From NCBI GenBank assembly GCA_965247995.1, contig OZ252041.1:811912-875911 (forward strand): a stretch of DNA of 64,000 nt, read 5' to 3'. Each line of letters starts with the position of its first letter. The first letter of the stretch is position 1. The position numbers and the translations under genes were made by a program. Positions 46,669 to 56,400 of this stretch are shown piece by piece. The notes under the pieces are model-generated. The model did no database searches and was not told the origin of the DNA. It saw nothing but the letters and a program-made list of their open reading frames with translations. The DNA comes from Dehalococcoidia bacterium (lineage in GTDB: Bacteria; Chloroflexota; Dehalococcoidia; UBA6926).

Positions 46669-47703
46669 TCAGTCGGTGATGCGCGCGGGGACGGCGAGGG
46701 TGGCGTTGTCCGGGTGGGTGCTAGTGGGGAACGGGGCGCCGGGGTCTGGGGATGCTGACCGGACCTGGAGGTCGAGCGCGGCGCCCAAGATGTCCGCGCC
46801 GACGTTGGATACGACCACTGCGAAGGCGATGAGCGTTACGGTTAGCTCTACGACTGGGTAGTCGCGTTGGTTGATCGCACCCACGAGCATGCGTCCGATG
46901 CCAGGGAGGCCGAACGCCTGCTCGGTGACGACGAGGGCCGTGACGGTCAGAGGGAGCATGACCGCGATCAAGGATACGGCTGGGATCAGGATGTTGGGCA
47001 ACGCATGGCGGAGGAGGACTGCGCGGTCGCGAAGCCCCCTCGCACGGGCGGTACGGATGTAGTCCTCGCGTAGGACCTCGAGTGTGGCAGTCCGGACGAA
47101 CCGCAATGGCACGCCCATGAGGAGGCCCGTGCCGATCACCAAGGCCGGCCAGATGAGCTGGGTGAGGTTCCTGACGGGGTCCTCCGTGAGGCGGGTGTAT
47201 TCACCGGTAGGATCCCAGCCGAACTCGCGGACGAGAACAAGAATGACAAGCATCCCGGCCCAGAAAGTGGGGACAGAGACGCCAGCTAGGGCCACAGTGC
47301 GCATGACAGAGTCGACCCAGGCGCCCCGTTTGAGGGCGGCGATAAGGCCGGCGGCGACGCCGAACGTCGAGCCGATGACGATGCCCAAGACACCGATCTG
47401 CGCACTGAGGGGGAGTTTCCGTTGCAGATACTGGCTCATGGGATCGTTGTGGAAGACCGAGTTTCCGAAGTCGAAGGTGAGAAGCCCGCGCACCCAGTCG
47501 AAGTACTGGACGTAGAGGGGCTCGTCCAGGCCTAGGTGCTCTCGGAACCTCGCTATGTGGTCGGGGTTCGGTACACCGCCGCCGGCGAGGATCGGCGGCG
47601 ACAAATCGCCTGGGACGATGCGCATGACGATAAAGACGAGGATTGTGACGCCGAAGAGGGTCAGCGCTGCGAGCAGGAGGCGGCGGAGGATGTAGGTCCT
47701 CAT
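46669..47703 (-). CDS. Peptide/nickel ABC transporter permease (DppB/OppB)
   Basis: YILRRL, PGD, GLDEPLYVQY, EAA loop EDYIRTARARGL, RDYPVV. Confidence 0.92.
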   Translation of the reverse strand: MRTYILRRLLLAALTLFGVTILVFIVMRIVPGDLSPPILAGGGVPNPDHIARFREHLGLDEPLYVQYFDWVRGLLTFDFGNSVFHNDPMSQYLQRKLPLSAQIGVLGIVIGSTFGVAAGLIAALKRGAWVDSVMRTVALAGVSVPTFWAGMLVILVLVREFGWDPTGEYTRLTEDPVRNLTQLIWPALVIGTGLLMGVPLRFVRTATLEVLREDYIRTARARGLRDRAVLLRHALPNILIPAVSLIAVMLPLTVTALVVTEQAFGLPGIGRMLVGAINQRDYPVVELTVTLIAFAVVVSNVGADILGAALDLQVRSASPDPGAPFPTSTHPDNATLAVPARITD

Positions 47704-47853
47704 CGCGCTGTCCTTTCGTTTCCCCTTGGGTTGTGGCTGGCAGGCGGAGGCCCGGGGGCTGTTGATGGCTTCATCGCCGACGGCGTTGTTGCCGCCGCCA
47801 GCGATCGAGGCTGTTCCGTTATTCCCCGTTGATGTGCTGGGCTTTTGTGGTTG

Positions 47854-48812
47854 CTACGTGCGGATCCGGGGGTCGAGTATCCCGTAGAGGACGTCGACGC
47901 CGAGGTTGGACAGGACGACGATGAACCCGACGAGGGTGACGACGAGCTGGACAACCGGGTAGTCACGCTGGTTGATGGCGTCGACCATCATGCGGCCGAT
48001 TCCGGGGAGGCCGAACACCTGCTCGGTGACCACGAGCCCGGTCACGGTGAGGGGGAGGAAGATCCCGATCAGCGTGACGACCGGTATGAGAGCGTTCCGC
48101 ATGGAGTGCCGGATGAGGACGACGCGTTCGCGGAGCCCCTTTGCCCGGGCGGTGCGGATGTAGTCCTCGCGCAAGACCTCGAGCATGGTGGCGCGCATCA
48201 TCCTGAGCGGGGTGCCCATGAGGAATCCGACGGCGATGACCATGGTGGGCCAGATGAGTTGCGCGAGGTTCCTGATGGGGTCCTCCCACACGGGCGTGTA
48301 TCCCTGCTCCGGGATCCAGTCGAACATGTGGATGAGGAACAGGATGACGAGCATTCCGCTCCAGAAGGTGGGGATGGAGATGCCGGCAATGGCGACCGTC
48401 CGGATGAGGTAGTCGATCCAGGTGTCCTGCTTGAGGGCGGCGATGACTCCGCCGGCGATGCCGAGCGTCGAGCCGATGACGATGCCCATCACGCCGATCT
48501 GAGCGCTAAGAGGGAGTTTGCGTTGCAGAAGCTGGCTCATGGGGGCGTTGTAGAAGAGCGAGCTCCGAAGTCGAAGGTGACGATCCCGCGCATCCAGTCG
48601 AAGTACTGGACGTAGAGGGGCTCGTTCAGGCCCAACTTCTCTCGGAGCCTCGCCAAGTCTTCCTGGTTTGGTACGCCGCCGCCTTCACCACCGCTGAGAA
48701 TCATCATCGCGACATCGCCGGGGACGATGCGCATGACGATAAAGACGAGGATTGTGACGCCGATCAGCGTCGGCACGCCGAACATAAGGCGCCGGAAAAT
48801 GTATGCCCACAT
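47854..48812 (-). pseudogene. DppB-type permease paralog with a 1-nt frameshift near 48563
   Basis: ORFs 48537-48812 and 47854-48540 join into a full DppB if one base is restored (FDFG-x-SLFYNAPMSQ versus paralog FDFGNSVFHNDPMSQ); this could be a sequencing error. Confidence 0.8.
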
Positions 48813-48900
48813 GGTGCTGACCCTCCTGTTTCGGTCGTTTCTGCCCGTTCGCGGTCCGATACAGCACTCTCGGGGCGCGACGCCAACGAGAGTTCCGGAG

Positions 48901-48928
48901 AGTTTACGGATCGGTTATGGGTTGTCAA
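48901..48928 (-). promoter_or_regulatory. Putative sigma70 promoter of the dppB pair
   Basis: TTGACA-16 nt-TAAACT on the minus strand. Confidence 0.45.
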
Positions 48929-49031
48929 GCGTGCGGTTTTTCACACACGCGGAACCGTTGGGAAGACGCTGGGCTTTGCGTAGGAGCGGTGTGACGAAAC
49001 CCCGCCTGCCTGGGGAGAGGCCGGGGTCTGC

Positions 49032-49505
49032 TTAGTCGACTTTGACGATGGAGTAGGTGATGACGCCGGCAGGGGCGAGGACCTGGACCTTGTCGCCCTT
49101 GCGGTGGCCGAGGACGGCGCGTCCGACGGGGGATTCATTGGAGATCTTGCCGTGGGCGGCGTCGGCCTCAGCGGTACCGACGACGGTGTAGGAGTCCTCG
49201 TCGCCGTCATCGGTCCGGAGCGTGAAGCGGGACCCGATTTGGATCCGGCCTCCGGGGGCGTGGCCCTCTTCGATGAGGACGGTGTTCTTGAGGAGGTTTT
49301 CGATCTCGAGGATGCGGCCCTCAACGAAGGCCTGTTCGTTGCGGGCATCTTCGAAGTCGGAGTTCTCCTCGGTACCGGCGAGCTCCTTGGCCTTATGGAG
49401 GCGGTCCATGACCTCGAGGCGACGGACGGACTTGAGCTGCGTGAGCTCGCCCTCGAGGCGTTCGCGGCCTTCGGCGGTCAAGTATGTCTGTCTCTGCGTC
49501 GTCAT
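49032..49505 (-). CDS. greA: Transcription elongation factor GreA
   Basis: YLTAEG..L..EL, ENSDFEDAR, ISNESPVGRA.LG. Confidence 0.95.
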   Translation of the reverse strand: MTTQRQTYLTAEGRERLEGELTQLKSVRRLEVMDRLHKAKELAGTEENSDFEDARNEQAFVEGRILEIENLLKNTVLIEEGHAPGGRIQIGSRFTLRTDDGDEDSYTVVGTAEADAAHGKISNESPVGRAVLGHRKGDKVQVLAPAGVITYSIVKVD

Positions 49506-49617
49506 GCGTCAAAACCCTTCGGGTGGAAGCGCCACCTGGAACGGGGACCGGGGGAGTCTGTCGGACGGGCACCGGCGTTTCACGCGCGGGTACCGTCTAT
49601 CTCTACCCCCTGCACTG

Positions 49618-49646
49618 TCTATAGCGCGGGGGGTGTTGCGTGTCAA
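49618..49646 (-). promoter_or_regulatory. Putative greA promoter
   Basis: TTGACA-17 nt-TATAGA on the minus strand, about 110 nt upstream of the start. Confidence 0.55.
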
Positions 49647-49723
49647 GAATTACGGGACGCGGGTATGACCGATCCCTGCCTCCTGGTTGGCAGGGGGAGC
49701 GTAAGGCGCGTGCGCCGGTGCGG

Positions 49724-50272
49724 CTACTCCAGGGCAGGTGTAGGGGCCGCCGCGGTCGGTTCGGGCGTTGGGATGACTGGGCCAGGGGTGGGGGCGGCTG
49801 GGTCGGGTGTCGGGGCGGTCGGATCCGGCGTGGGGGTTGGCGTGGACGTCGGTCTGGGGGTGTTGGTGGGTTTGGCGGTCTCGTAGGGGACCCAGACGCG
49901 GACGGGCTCGGTGGGGGTGCCCTCTTCGTTGCCCCGGACGAGCAGCGCGCGGAAGTAGTAGGCGCGGCCGGGACGGTAGATGGCGGATTCGCGGTGGGTG
50001 CCGGTTACGGGCCGGAGGGTGGCAATCTCCTCCCACGGGCCTTGATCGGAGGTCCGGGACTCTTCGATGACGATGAGGTCGACGGAGTCGTCGGGAGGAA
50101 TCCATGAGACCTGGACATCGCGAGAGCCGGCGACGGGCTCGCCGGGCAGGAGCCGTGCCTGGAAGGAGAGGGTGTTGGACGCGGGCAGCGGTCTGAAGTT
50201 CTGGGAGATGCCCGAGCACGCGACAACGAGGCCAAAGAGGACCACGACGACTGCAACGACGGTTCCGCGCAC
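49724..50272 (-). CDS. Lipoprotein with FN3-like domain and Pro/Thr-rich tail
   Basis: Lipobox VVAC; VQVSW..YYFRA beta pattern; PTPTP repeats. Confidence 0.7.
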   Translation of the reverse strand: MRGTVVAVVVVLFGLVVACSGISQNFRPLPASNTLSFQARLLPGEPVAGSRDVQVSWIPPDDSVDLIVIEESRTSDQGPWEEIATLRPVTGTHRESAIYRPGRAYYFRALLVRGNEEGTPTEPVRVWVPYETAKPTNTPRPTSTPTPTPDPTAPTPDPAAPTPGPVIPTPEPTAAAPTPALE

Positions 50273-50434
50273 ACTCCACCTCGAGTAGTCCGGCCGCGTC
50301 GACCGCGGCGTTTGAATCGACTGTACACGGATTGAGGAGGTAAGAGCAGCATGGTGCGTTGTGGCGGCCCCACTGGCCGGGTTGACGTGAACCGTTTAGA
50401 GAGGCGAGTGGGGAGGCACGTCGTCATGATGGCG

Positions 50435-50463
50435 TTGACGGATTAGCACATTCGTTCTAGTGT
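50435..50463 (+). promoter_or_regulatory. Sigma70 promoter with a LexA-like operator in the spacer
   Basis: TTGACG(50435)-17 nt-TAGTGT(50458); AGCAC-ATTC-GTTCT at 50445-50458 is one mismatch from AGAAC-N4-GTTCT. Confidence 0.65.
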
Positions 50464-50497
50464 TCTGTGTCGAATTCGCTAACTGAACGCAGGGGGA

Positions 50498-50899
50498 GTG
50501 AGCGTGGCGACCAAGACACAGGGACCGAGCGTGGCGACCAAGACACAGGGACCGAGCGTGGTCCGCCGGGGGACGGGGAGCCGACGGCGTTTGGACACGC
50601 TGCCGGAGCGGTCCGAGTACCGCGACGACGGGTGCGGTGGGGGATGCGAGCGTTCGCTGGAGTGCCCGTTCCCGCGTTGCCGGCTTGATGACCCGATGGG
50701 TTGGCGGCGGGAGGCGCGCGTGATCCGGGACCGGGAGCTTGTGCGGGTCTATGCGGCGGAGGGGTTGACGGTCGACGGGTTGGCGTCGCGGTTCCAGGTC
50801 AGTCGCCGGACGGTGCACCGGGTGCTTTCGGACGCCCGGAAGGCGCGAATCCGTGGGGAGGCCCGAATCCGTAAGGGCGCGGGGGCTGGTGCGACGTGA
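50498..50899 (+). CDS. Cys4-motif plus C-terminal HTH protein (putative regulator)
   Basis: GGGGGA RBS; C-x3-C-x5-CP-x3-C; RDRELV..GLTVDGLASRFQVSRRTVHRVL HTH. Confidence 0.78.
   Translation: MSVATKTQGPSVATKTQGPSVVRRGTGSRRRLDTLPERSEYRDDGCGGGCERSLECPFPRCRLDDPMGWRREARVIRDRELVRVYAAEGLTVDGLASRFQVSRRTVHRVLSDARKARIRGEARIRKGAGAGAT
50500..50561 (+). repeat. 27-bp in-frame tandem repeat (2.3 copies)
   Basis: GAGCGTGGCGACCAAGACACAGGGACC twice plus GAGCGTGG; encodes SVATKTQGP twice. Confidence 0.9.
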
Positions 50900-51438
50900 C
50901 GTCCGACGAATCTCCCGCTCCTGCTGCAGGCGGGCGCAGGAGGCGTCGTGGTGTCGGGAAGCGCGACGAACAGCGGTACGAGGACTTCGTGTGGGCGGTC
51001 GCCCGCGGCGCGACGCACGCGGAAGCAGCCGCGGCCGCCGGGATCGCGCGGACGACGGCGATGCGTTGGGCAAAGTCTGCCGGGTTCGACACGTATGTGG
51101 CCGCGGCGGCCAACGACAGCGTGGCGATGTTGCGGAAGCGGGCGTTCGAGCTAGCAATGGGTGGGAACATCCGGCTGCTCATTTGGTTACTCGAGCACCG
51201 CGGGGTGATCGGAGAGCGAGAGGACGGTGGTCCGGACGGGCCGCCGGCTGAGCATGGTCCGGCGGGAGTGGTAGAGGTCGAGATCGTGGGGTTGGAGCGG
51301 AGGGATGCCGACGATGGCGAAAGCAGCAACAGCGGCGGGGGCGGCGGCCGGCACGCGCCGGCCGAGCCGGGAGACGCCGGAGGGGCGTTCATCGAGTTCG
51401 TCGAGGACGACGGTGGGGGCGTCATCGACGGCACGTAA
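50896..51438 (+). CDS. Putative terminase small subunit (HTH)
   Basis: GATHAEAAAAAGIARTTAMRW HTH, helical middle ending GNIRLLIWLLEHR, flexible tail; GTGA overlap upstream and overlap with terL downstream. Confidence 0.65.
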   Translation: MTSDESPAPAAGGRRRRRGVGKRDEQRYEDFVWAVARGATHAEAAAAAGIARTTAMRWAKSAGFDTYVAAAANDSVAMLRKRAFELAMGGNIRLLIWLLEHRGVIGEREDGGPDGPPAEHGPAGVVEVEIVGLERRDADDGESSNSGGGGGRHAPAEPGDAGGAFIEFVEDDGGGVIDGT

Positions 51439-52642
51439 GGTCCGGATCCGGGTCCACGAGGGGCAACGGCGGCTGCTGGCGAGCGATGCGTTCTGCACGG
51501 CGGCGATTGCCGGGACGGGCGGCGGTAAGACGGTCGCCGGGATGGTGTGGTTGTTGGTGCAGATGACGCGGAACCCAGGCCGGACGTGGGTCGTGGCGGA
51601 GCCGACGGACGACATGGTCGAGCGGGTCCTTTTGACTGGCACCGCGGACCGGCTGGGGCTTGTCGACTTTCTGGGGTTGTTCGACCCGCACCAGGTATGG
51701 CTTCGATCGAAGGGGGTGCTGCGGCACCGGTTGGGGACGGTGTTTGTGGTGTCGGCACGGAACCCGGAGACGTTGCAGGGCGCCCACGTGGCGGGGGTCT
51801 GGCTGGACGAGGCCGGTCTGATGCGGATGGGGGCCTGGCTGGTGGCATTGCAGCGGGTTGGGCTGGCGGAGGGACGGATCCTGATTACGACGACGCCATA
51901 CAACAAGGGTTGGCTGAAGACGGAGGTGTACGACCCAGCGATGGAGGGGAACCGGGACTACGCGCTGATCCAGTTCCCATCGACGGCGAACCCGCGGTTC
52001 CCGGCGGTGGCGATGGAGCGGGCGCGGCGGTCAATGTCGGCATCGCGGTTCGCAATGTTGTACCGGGGGGAGTTTGGGCGGCCAGAGGGGATGGTGTACG
52101 ACTGCTTCGATTCGTCGGAGCACATCGTGGAACCGTTCGAAATCCCACGCGATTGGCGGCGGTTGGGCGGGATCGATTTCGGGTACAACAACCCGACCGC
52201 GGGGGTGTTTCTGGCGCGTGACCCGGACGGCGTCTACTACTGGTATGGGGAGCACTACGAGCGGGAACGGACGCTGGACGAGCACGCGGCGCAGTTGGCG
52301 AAGCTGGGCGGGCGCGAGTTGACGTGGTATGGGGACCGGAGCGCGGCCCAGCAGATGGCGGAGCTGCGGCGGAACCGGCTGTCGGTGCTGCCGGCGGATA
52401 ACGACGTGCGCGCAGGGATCGACACCGTGTATTCGTTGTTGGCGTTGGGGCGCTTGAAGGTGTTCCGTTCGTGCCGGTTCGGGATCAACGAGCTCGAGGG
52501 GTACGTGTGGGAACAGCGTCCCGGCGGGGACGGGGCGGGGTTCGTCGACCGGCCGGTGAAGGAAGACGACCATTTGATGGACGCGTTGCGGTACGCGTTG
52601 CATACGACGGAGAAAGGACCGGCGTTGCGGTTGCGGACGTGA
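51413..52642 (+). CDS. Phage terminase large subunit (PBSX/Terminase_6-like)
   Basis: HEGQ adenine motif, Walker A AGTGGGKT, Walker B VWLDEAG, coupling motif TTTP, nuclease GIDFGYNNP, D.SA, DHLMDALRY; GTG start with GAGG RBS. Confidence 0.92.
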   Translation: MGASSTARKVRIRVHEGQRRLLASDAFCTAAIAGTGGGKTVAGMVWLLVQMTRNPGRTWVVAEPTDDMVERVLLTGTADRLGLVDFLGLFDPHQVWLRSKGVLRHRLGTVFVVSARNPETLQGAHVAGVWLDEAGLMRMGAWLVALQRVGLAEGRILITTTPYNKGWLKTEVYDPAMEGNRDYALIQFPSTANPRFPAVAMERARRSMSASRFAMLYRGEFGRPEGMVYDCFDSSEHIVEPFEIPRDWRRLGGIDFGYNNPTAGVFLARDPDGVYYWYGEHYERERTLDEHAAQLAKLGGRELTWYGDRSAAQQMAELRRNRLSVLPADNDVRAGIDTVYSLLALGRLKVFRSCRFGINELEGYVWEQRPGGDGAGFVDRPVKEDDHLMDALRYALHTTEKGPALRLRT

Positions 52643-52729
52643 GGTCGGGCGGGGGTGCCGCTGGTACGCGGGACCTATAGCGCGTTGGTATACGATCGCG
52701 AAGGAGTCCGCCATCGAGGCCAGGTGACA

Positions 52730-53371
52730 ATGATGAAGTCGACAGCATCAGCGGGGTTGGCCGCTTTGGCTGTCCTCTTGGCGATTTTGGGTTGTTCTGC
52801 TCGCTCAGGGGGTTTGGCGGCCGTCGACGAGCCGGAAGCAGCGGGCGATGACGTGGTTTCGGTCCCGGCGAGGGTCACGCAACTCGGGTTTCCGGTCCTG
52901 TATCCGGCATTCATGCCGCCCGGCTACGAGCTGATCAGCGTGGACCTCAGCCCTCATTGGGACTCCAAGGTTGTTTTCGTGTCCGGTCCTCCCGGAGCTA
53001 CTTGGAACCTGGACGGTGGGAACTGGAAGCAGGGAGGGCTCTACATCATCACCATGGGCGTCCACGCGGGCGCTCCGCTTCCTCCGTTCGGACAGATCGT
53101 GAACCCGCATGAGCGCATCGAGGTCGCCGGCCGCTCTGTATACCTCATTCAAGGACAAAGTGACCCGGTGTTTTCTCTCGCCGAGGGGTCGCCGGAGCGG
53201 CGTCCAACTGGACCGAACGGCGAGGAGCTCCTGTTTGAACCAATCGACGTTCTTGGTCTTGACCTGGAACTGGATGGGTTCTTGGTCTCGATGTCGGCGA
53301 TCCCGCCGCATTCATCAACGCCCGAGGTACTCATCAAGATCGCGGAATCCCTCGTATTGGTAGGAGCGTAG
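52730..53371 (+). CDS. Lipoprotein, DUF4367-like
   Basis: Lipobox ILGC; FPVLYPAFMPPGY; C-terminal PEVLIKIAESL. Confidence 0.7.
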   Translation: MMKSTASAGLAALAVLLAILGCSARSGGLAAVDEPEAAGDDVVSVPARVTQLGFPVLYPAFMPPGYELISVDLSPHWDSKVVFVSGPPGATWNLDGGNWKQGGLYIITMGVHAGAPLPPFGQIVNPHERIEVAGRSVYLIQGQSDPVFSLAEGSPERRPTGPNGEELLFEPIDVLGLDLELDGFLVSMSAIPPHSSTPEVLIKIAESLVLVGA

Positions 53372-53495
53372 TCGCGTCTTGTTGCGATAGGAGGAGTTTG
53401 GACCGCGGCAATCGCGCTCCCTAAAGAGCACTGGCCGTTCGCTTCGAGTCGGACCGTGGGTGGCAGTGGATTTGCCGCCGGGAACCGCCGAAAGT

Positions 53496-56400
53496 CTAGA
53501 CGGTGAGGCGGCGGTAGAGGTGGGGCAGGCGCTCTGGGAGGCTGTTGATGTCGGCGAGGACCTCGTACGGGAGGTCGCCGCACATCTCTTTCATGTAGTC
53601 GTGGCCGGAGCGATCTACGGTGAGGCAGAAGGGGATGATGCCGTGCGAGCGGGCCTCGAGCAGCGCCATGTGCGTGTCCTGGACGGCGTATTCCTTCTCT
53701 GCGCCTTCGCGGCTGTACCCGCGGTCCTGGGGCCGGCCGTCTGAGATGAGGAAGAGGACCTTGGTGCGGGCGTTGATCTCGTCGAGCTTGGCGGTGCCGT
53801 GGCGGATGGCGGGGCCCATGCGGGTGGCGTGGAGCGGCGTAATGCCATCGATCCGGCGCTGGATGGTGTCCGACATCGGTTCTTCGAGCGCCTTGATGGT
53901 GTAGTACTCGACGTTTTCGCGTCCGTAGCCGGAGAAGCCGTAGATGCCGTAGGTGTCGCCGATCGTCTCGAGAGCCCGAATGAGGAGGACGGTGGACTCT
54001 TTCTCGAGGTCGATGATGCGGCGGTAGCTGCGTTTGGCCTGCTCGCGGCGGGCGCGGAGCCAGAAGAGGTACTGTCGCGGGTCGTCCGGGATCTCGCCCT
54101 CGTCGTCGTCATCGGCGGGTTTGTCCTCGATGGCTTCGGCGGTGGATGCGCTCATATCGAGGAGGAAGATGACGGCGACATCGCGCTCGGTCTTGTTCCT
54201 GCGCCAGTAGACCTTCTCGTTGGGGGTTGTGCCGGAGCGGCGCTCGACGATGGCCTCGATGACGGAGTCGAGGTCGTATTCCTCGCCGTCGGGGAGGTGT
54301 TTTTCCTTGCGGTAGGTCTCCGGCATGATCATTTCGAACTGCCGGCGGACGTCGTTGATGAGGCTGGCGTACTGCTCAATGGTCTGGCGGTAGAAGTCGG
54401 AACTGCCCTCGGCGATGACGGTCTCGCGGATCCGGCACCAGCGGGGTTTGTAGTCGAGGGCTTGGAAGTCCCACTCGTCGTAGAGGGCGGTGCGGGGTTC
54501 GTCGTCGAGTGGGTTCTCGGACTCCTGGGGTTTTCTGCCGGAGCCCGTCTCGCCCATCTCGTCGTGGAACTCGGCGTCCGGCCCCTCGATGGCCTCGCTC
54601 ATGAGGCTGGAGACGAAGAGCCCGGACGGGTCGTCGATGTCGCCTTCGACGACGTTGGAGAGGTCGATCTCGGCGCTCTTTTCGAGGAGTTGGCGGATCA
54701 TCTCCTCGGTGAGGGGAGGCGCCTGAGTGGTCTCGTCGGTCTTCTGGCCGCCCTTGCGAAGGTTGGCGAGGGTCTGGACGAGCTCGGGTTTGAAGTCACC
54801 GCGGTAGTCGACCTCTTCGGGGGGCTCGTACGGGACGTCCTGCTCGGTGCCCTGTCCGGGGACGAACTGGTTGCCACCGACGGTGGATGAGTCGGCGTCC
54901 GAGATCTCGGCTGTCGGGTCCGGTGCGCCCGCGCCGAGTTCACCAACGTCCTCTTCCTGCCAGTCGAAGTCGTCCTGGGGCGGCAGGTTGGGCACATCGA
55001 CGAGGAGTTTGTAGATAAGCGCCGTGGCCTCGGTTGAGTCCTCGACGGTGGAGTCGATGTGGCGCAAGCGAAGGAGGACTCCTGCGACGCGTTGGACGGT
55101 GTCGTGGAGCTCCATGGGCACGGGGATCGTGGAGGGCGAGTCCAGGAGGGTCATGCGCACGAGGAGCTCAACGAGGGCCTGCCGGAGCGGGAGGTCTTGC
55201 GGGGCGGGCCGTCCGTGAACCGCCGCCATCTGTACTTTGTCGTACGCGTTGCGGAGGCCGGCGTAGAAGCTGCGGATAAGGAAATCGACGCGCGAACCCT
55301 CGACGGCGGAGAAGATATCGGAGGCGAGTTGACGTTCCTCGAAGGTGTCGAAGAAGCGCTCGAAGTCCGAGAGGGCGGCGTCGAGGCCGGGGATCTCGCT
55401 CTTGTCTTCGGCGTCGTCCCCGTTCGGGGAGGGGCGCGTCAGCACCGGTGCGAGGCGAGCAAGGATCCGATTGGTAGCAGGGAAGACGCTTGAGGGGCGG
55501 CTGGTGGAGAACTGGAAGCTCCCGAACTCGATGTGGCCCGCCTGGTGGGTGGTGAGCACTTTGTACCACCCGAAGTTGTCGGGTTTGGAGTCGAAGAGTG
55601 CGATCTCATCGGGAAGAAAGATCGAGAGCCCGTCCGTGGTTGGCCGTGCTTCGCCGGCCCATCCGAGGGTGCGGCGGGCGAGGTCCGGTGTCGGTCTGAG
55701 TTGGATCTCGCTACCCGCGAGGCCGCGGGCGTACATCTGGAGAACGGTCGCGCTCTCCTCGAGGTTCACGGTGGCCGAGAGTTCTTGGATGATCGCTTCG
55801 CCGCGGGCGGACTCGAGTTTGAAGAAGCCGATGCCGGCTGCGTCGTTCTGTTCGAGGATGCGGACGCCTTCCTGGTACCAGCGGTTGAGTGCACCGGCGT
55901 CGACGCGCTGGAGGACTGGCGGCGTGGCACGAAGGAATTCAACCGCGGCTTCCTGAGAGAGGCCGAGGAGCACTTCGAACATGTCGAGGGTGGAGTGGTG
56001 GAGGTGGACGTCCAAGTCGTCGAGCGCGCGTGAGCCCTCGGCGAGCAGCGAGAGATAGCGTTTGCCGCGTTGCTGGGCCATGGCGCCGGCGAAGTCGAGG
56101 AAACGACCGCGCTCAGCACGGGCGATCCGCGGGAGTGCGACGGCTGCGGCGCGCTGGGTCTCCTTGGCGTACTTCCAGCCCTGTTCGGCGGTGAGATTGA
56201 GGAGGCCGAGGTAGCTGTCGATGGTCTCGCCGTCCACGTAGGAGAAACACTCGGGAGCGATGTTGAGGCACTCCTCGGCAAGCTCGCTGGAGTGCTGAGC
56301 GATCTGGTCGAGGAAGGCGGCGAATGCGGTGACGTCCGTGAGGCGGACGTGGTCCAGGAGGGTGGGACTGAGCTCAAAGAAGCGGGCAGCGAGGGCACCG

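Noticed and set aside
50500-50561. 27-bp repeats as a CRISPR array
   Set aside because: The repeats are adjacent with no spacers, are in frame within a CDS, and have no cas genes nearby.
49700-53400. Intact prophage around the terminase
   Set aside because: There are no portal, capsid, tail, lysis or integrase genes and no att repeats; the flanks are ordinary host genes.
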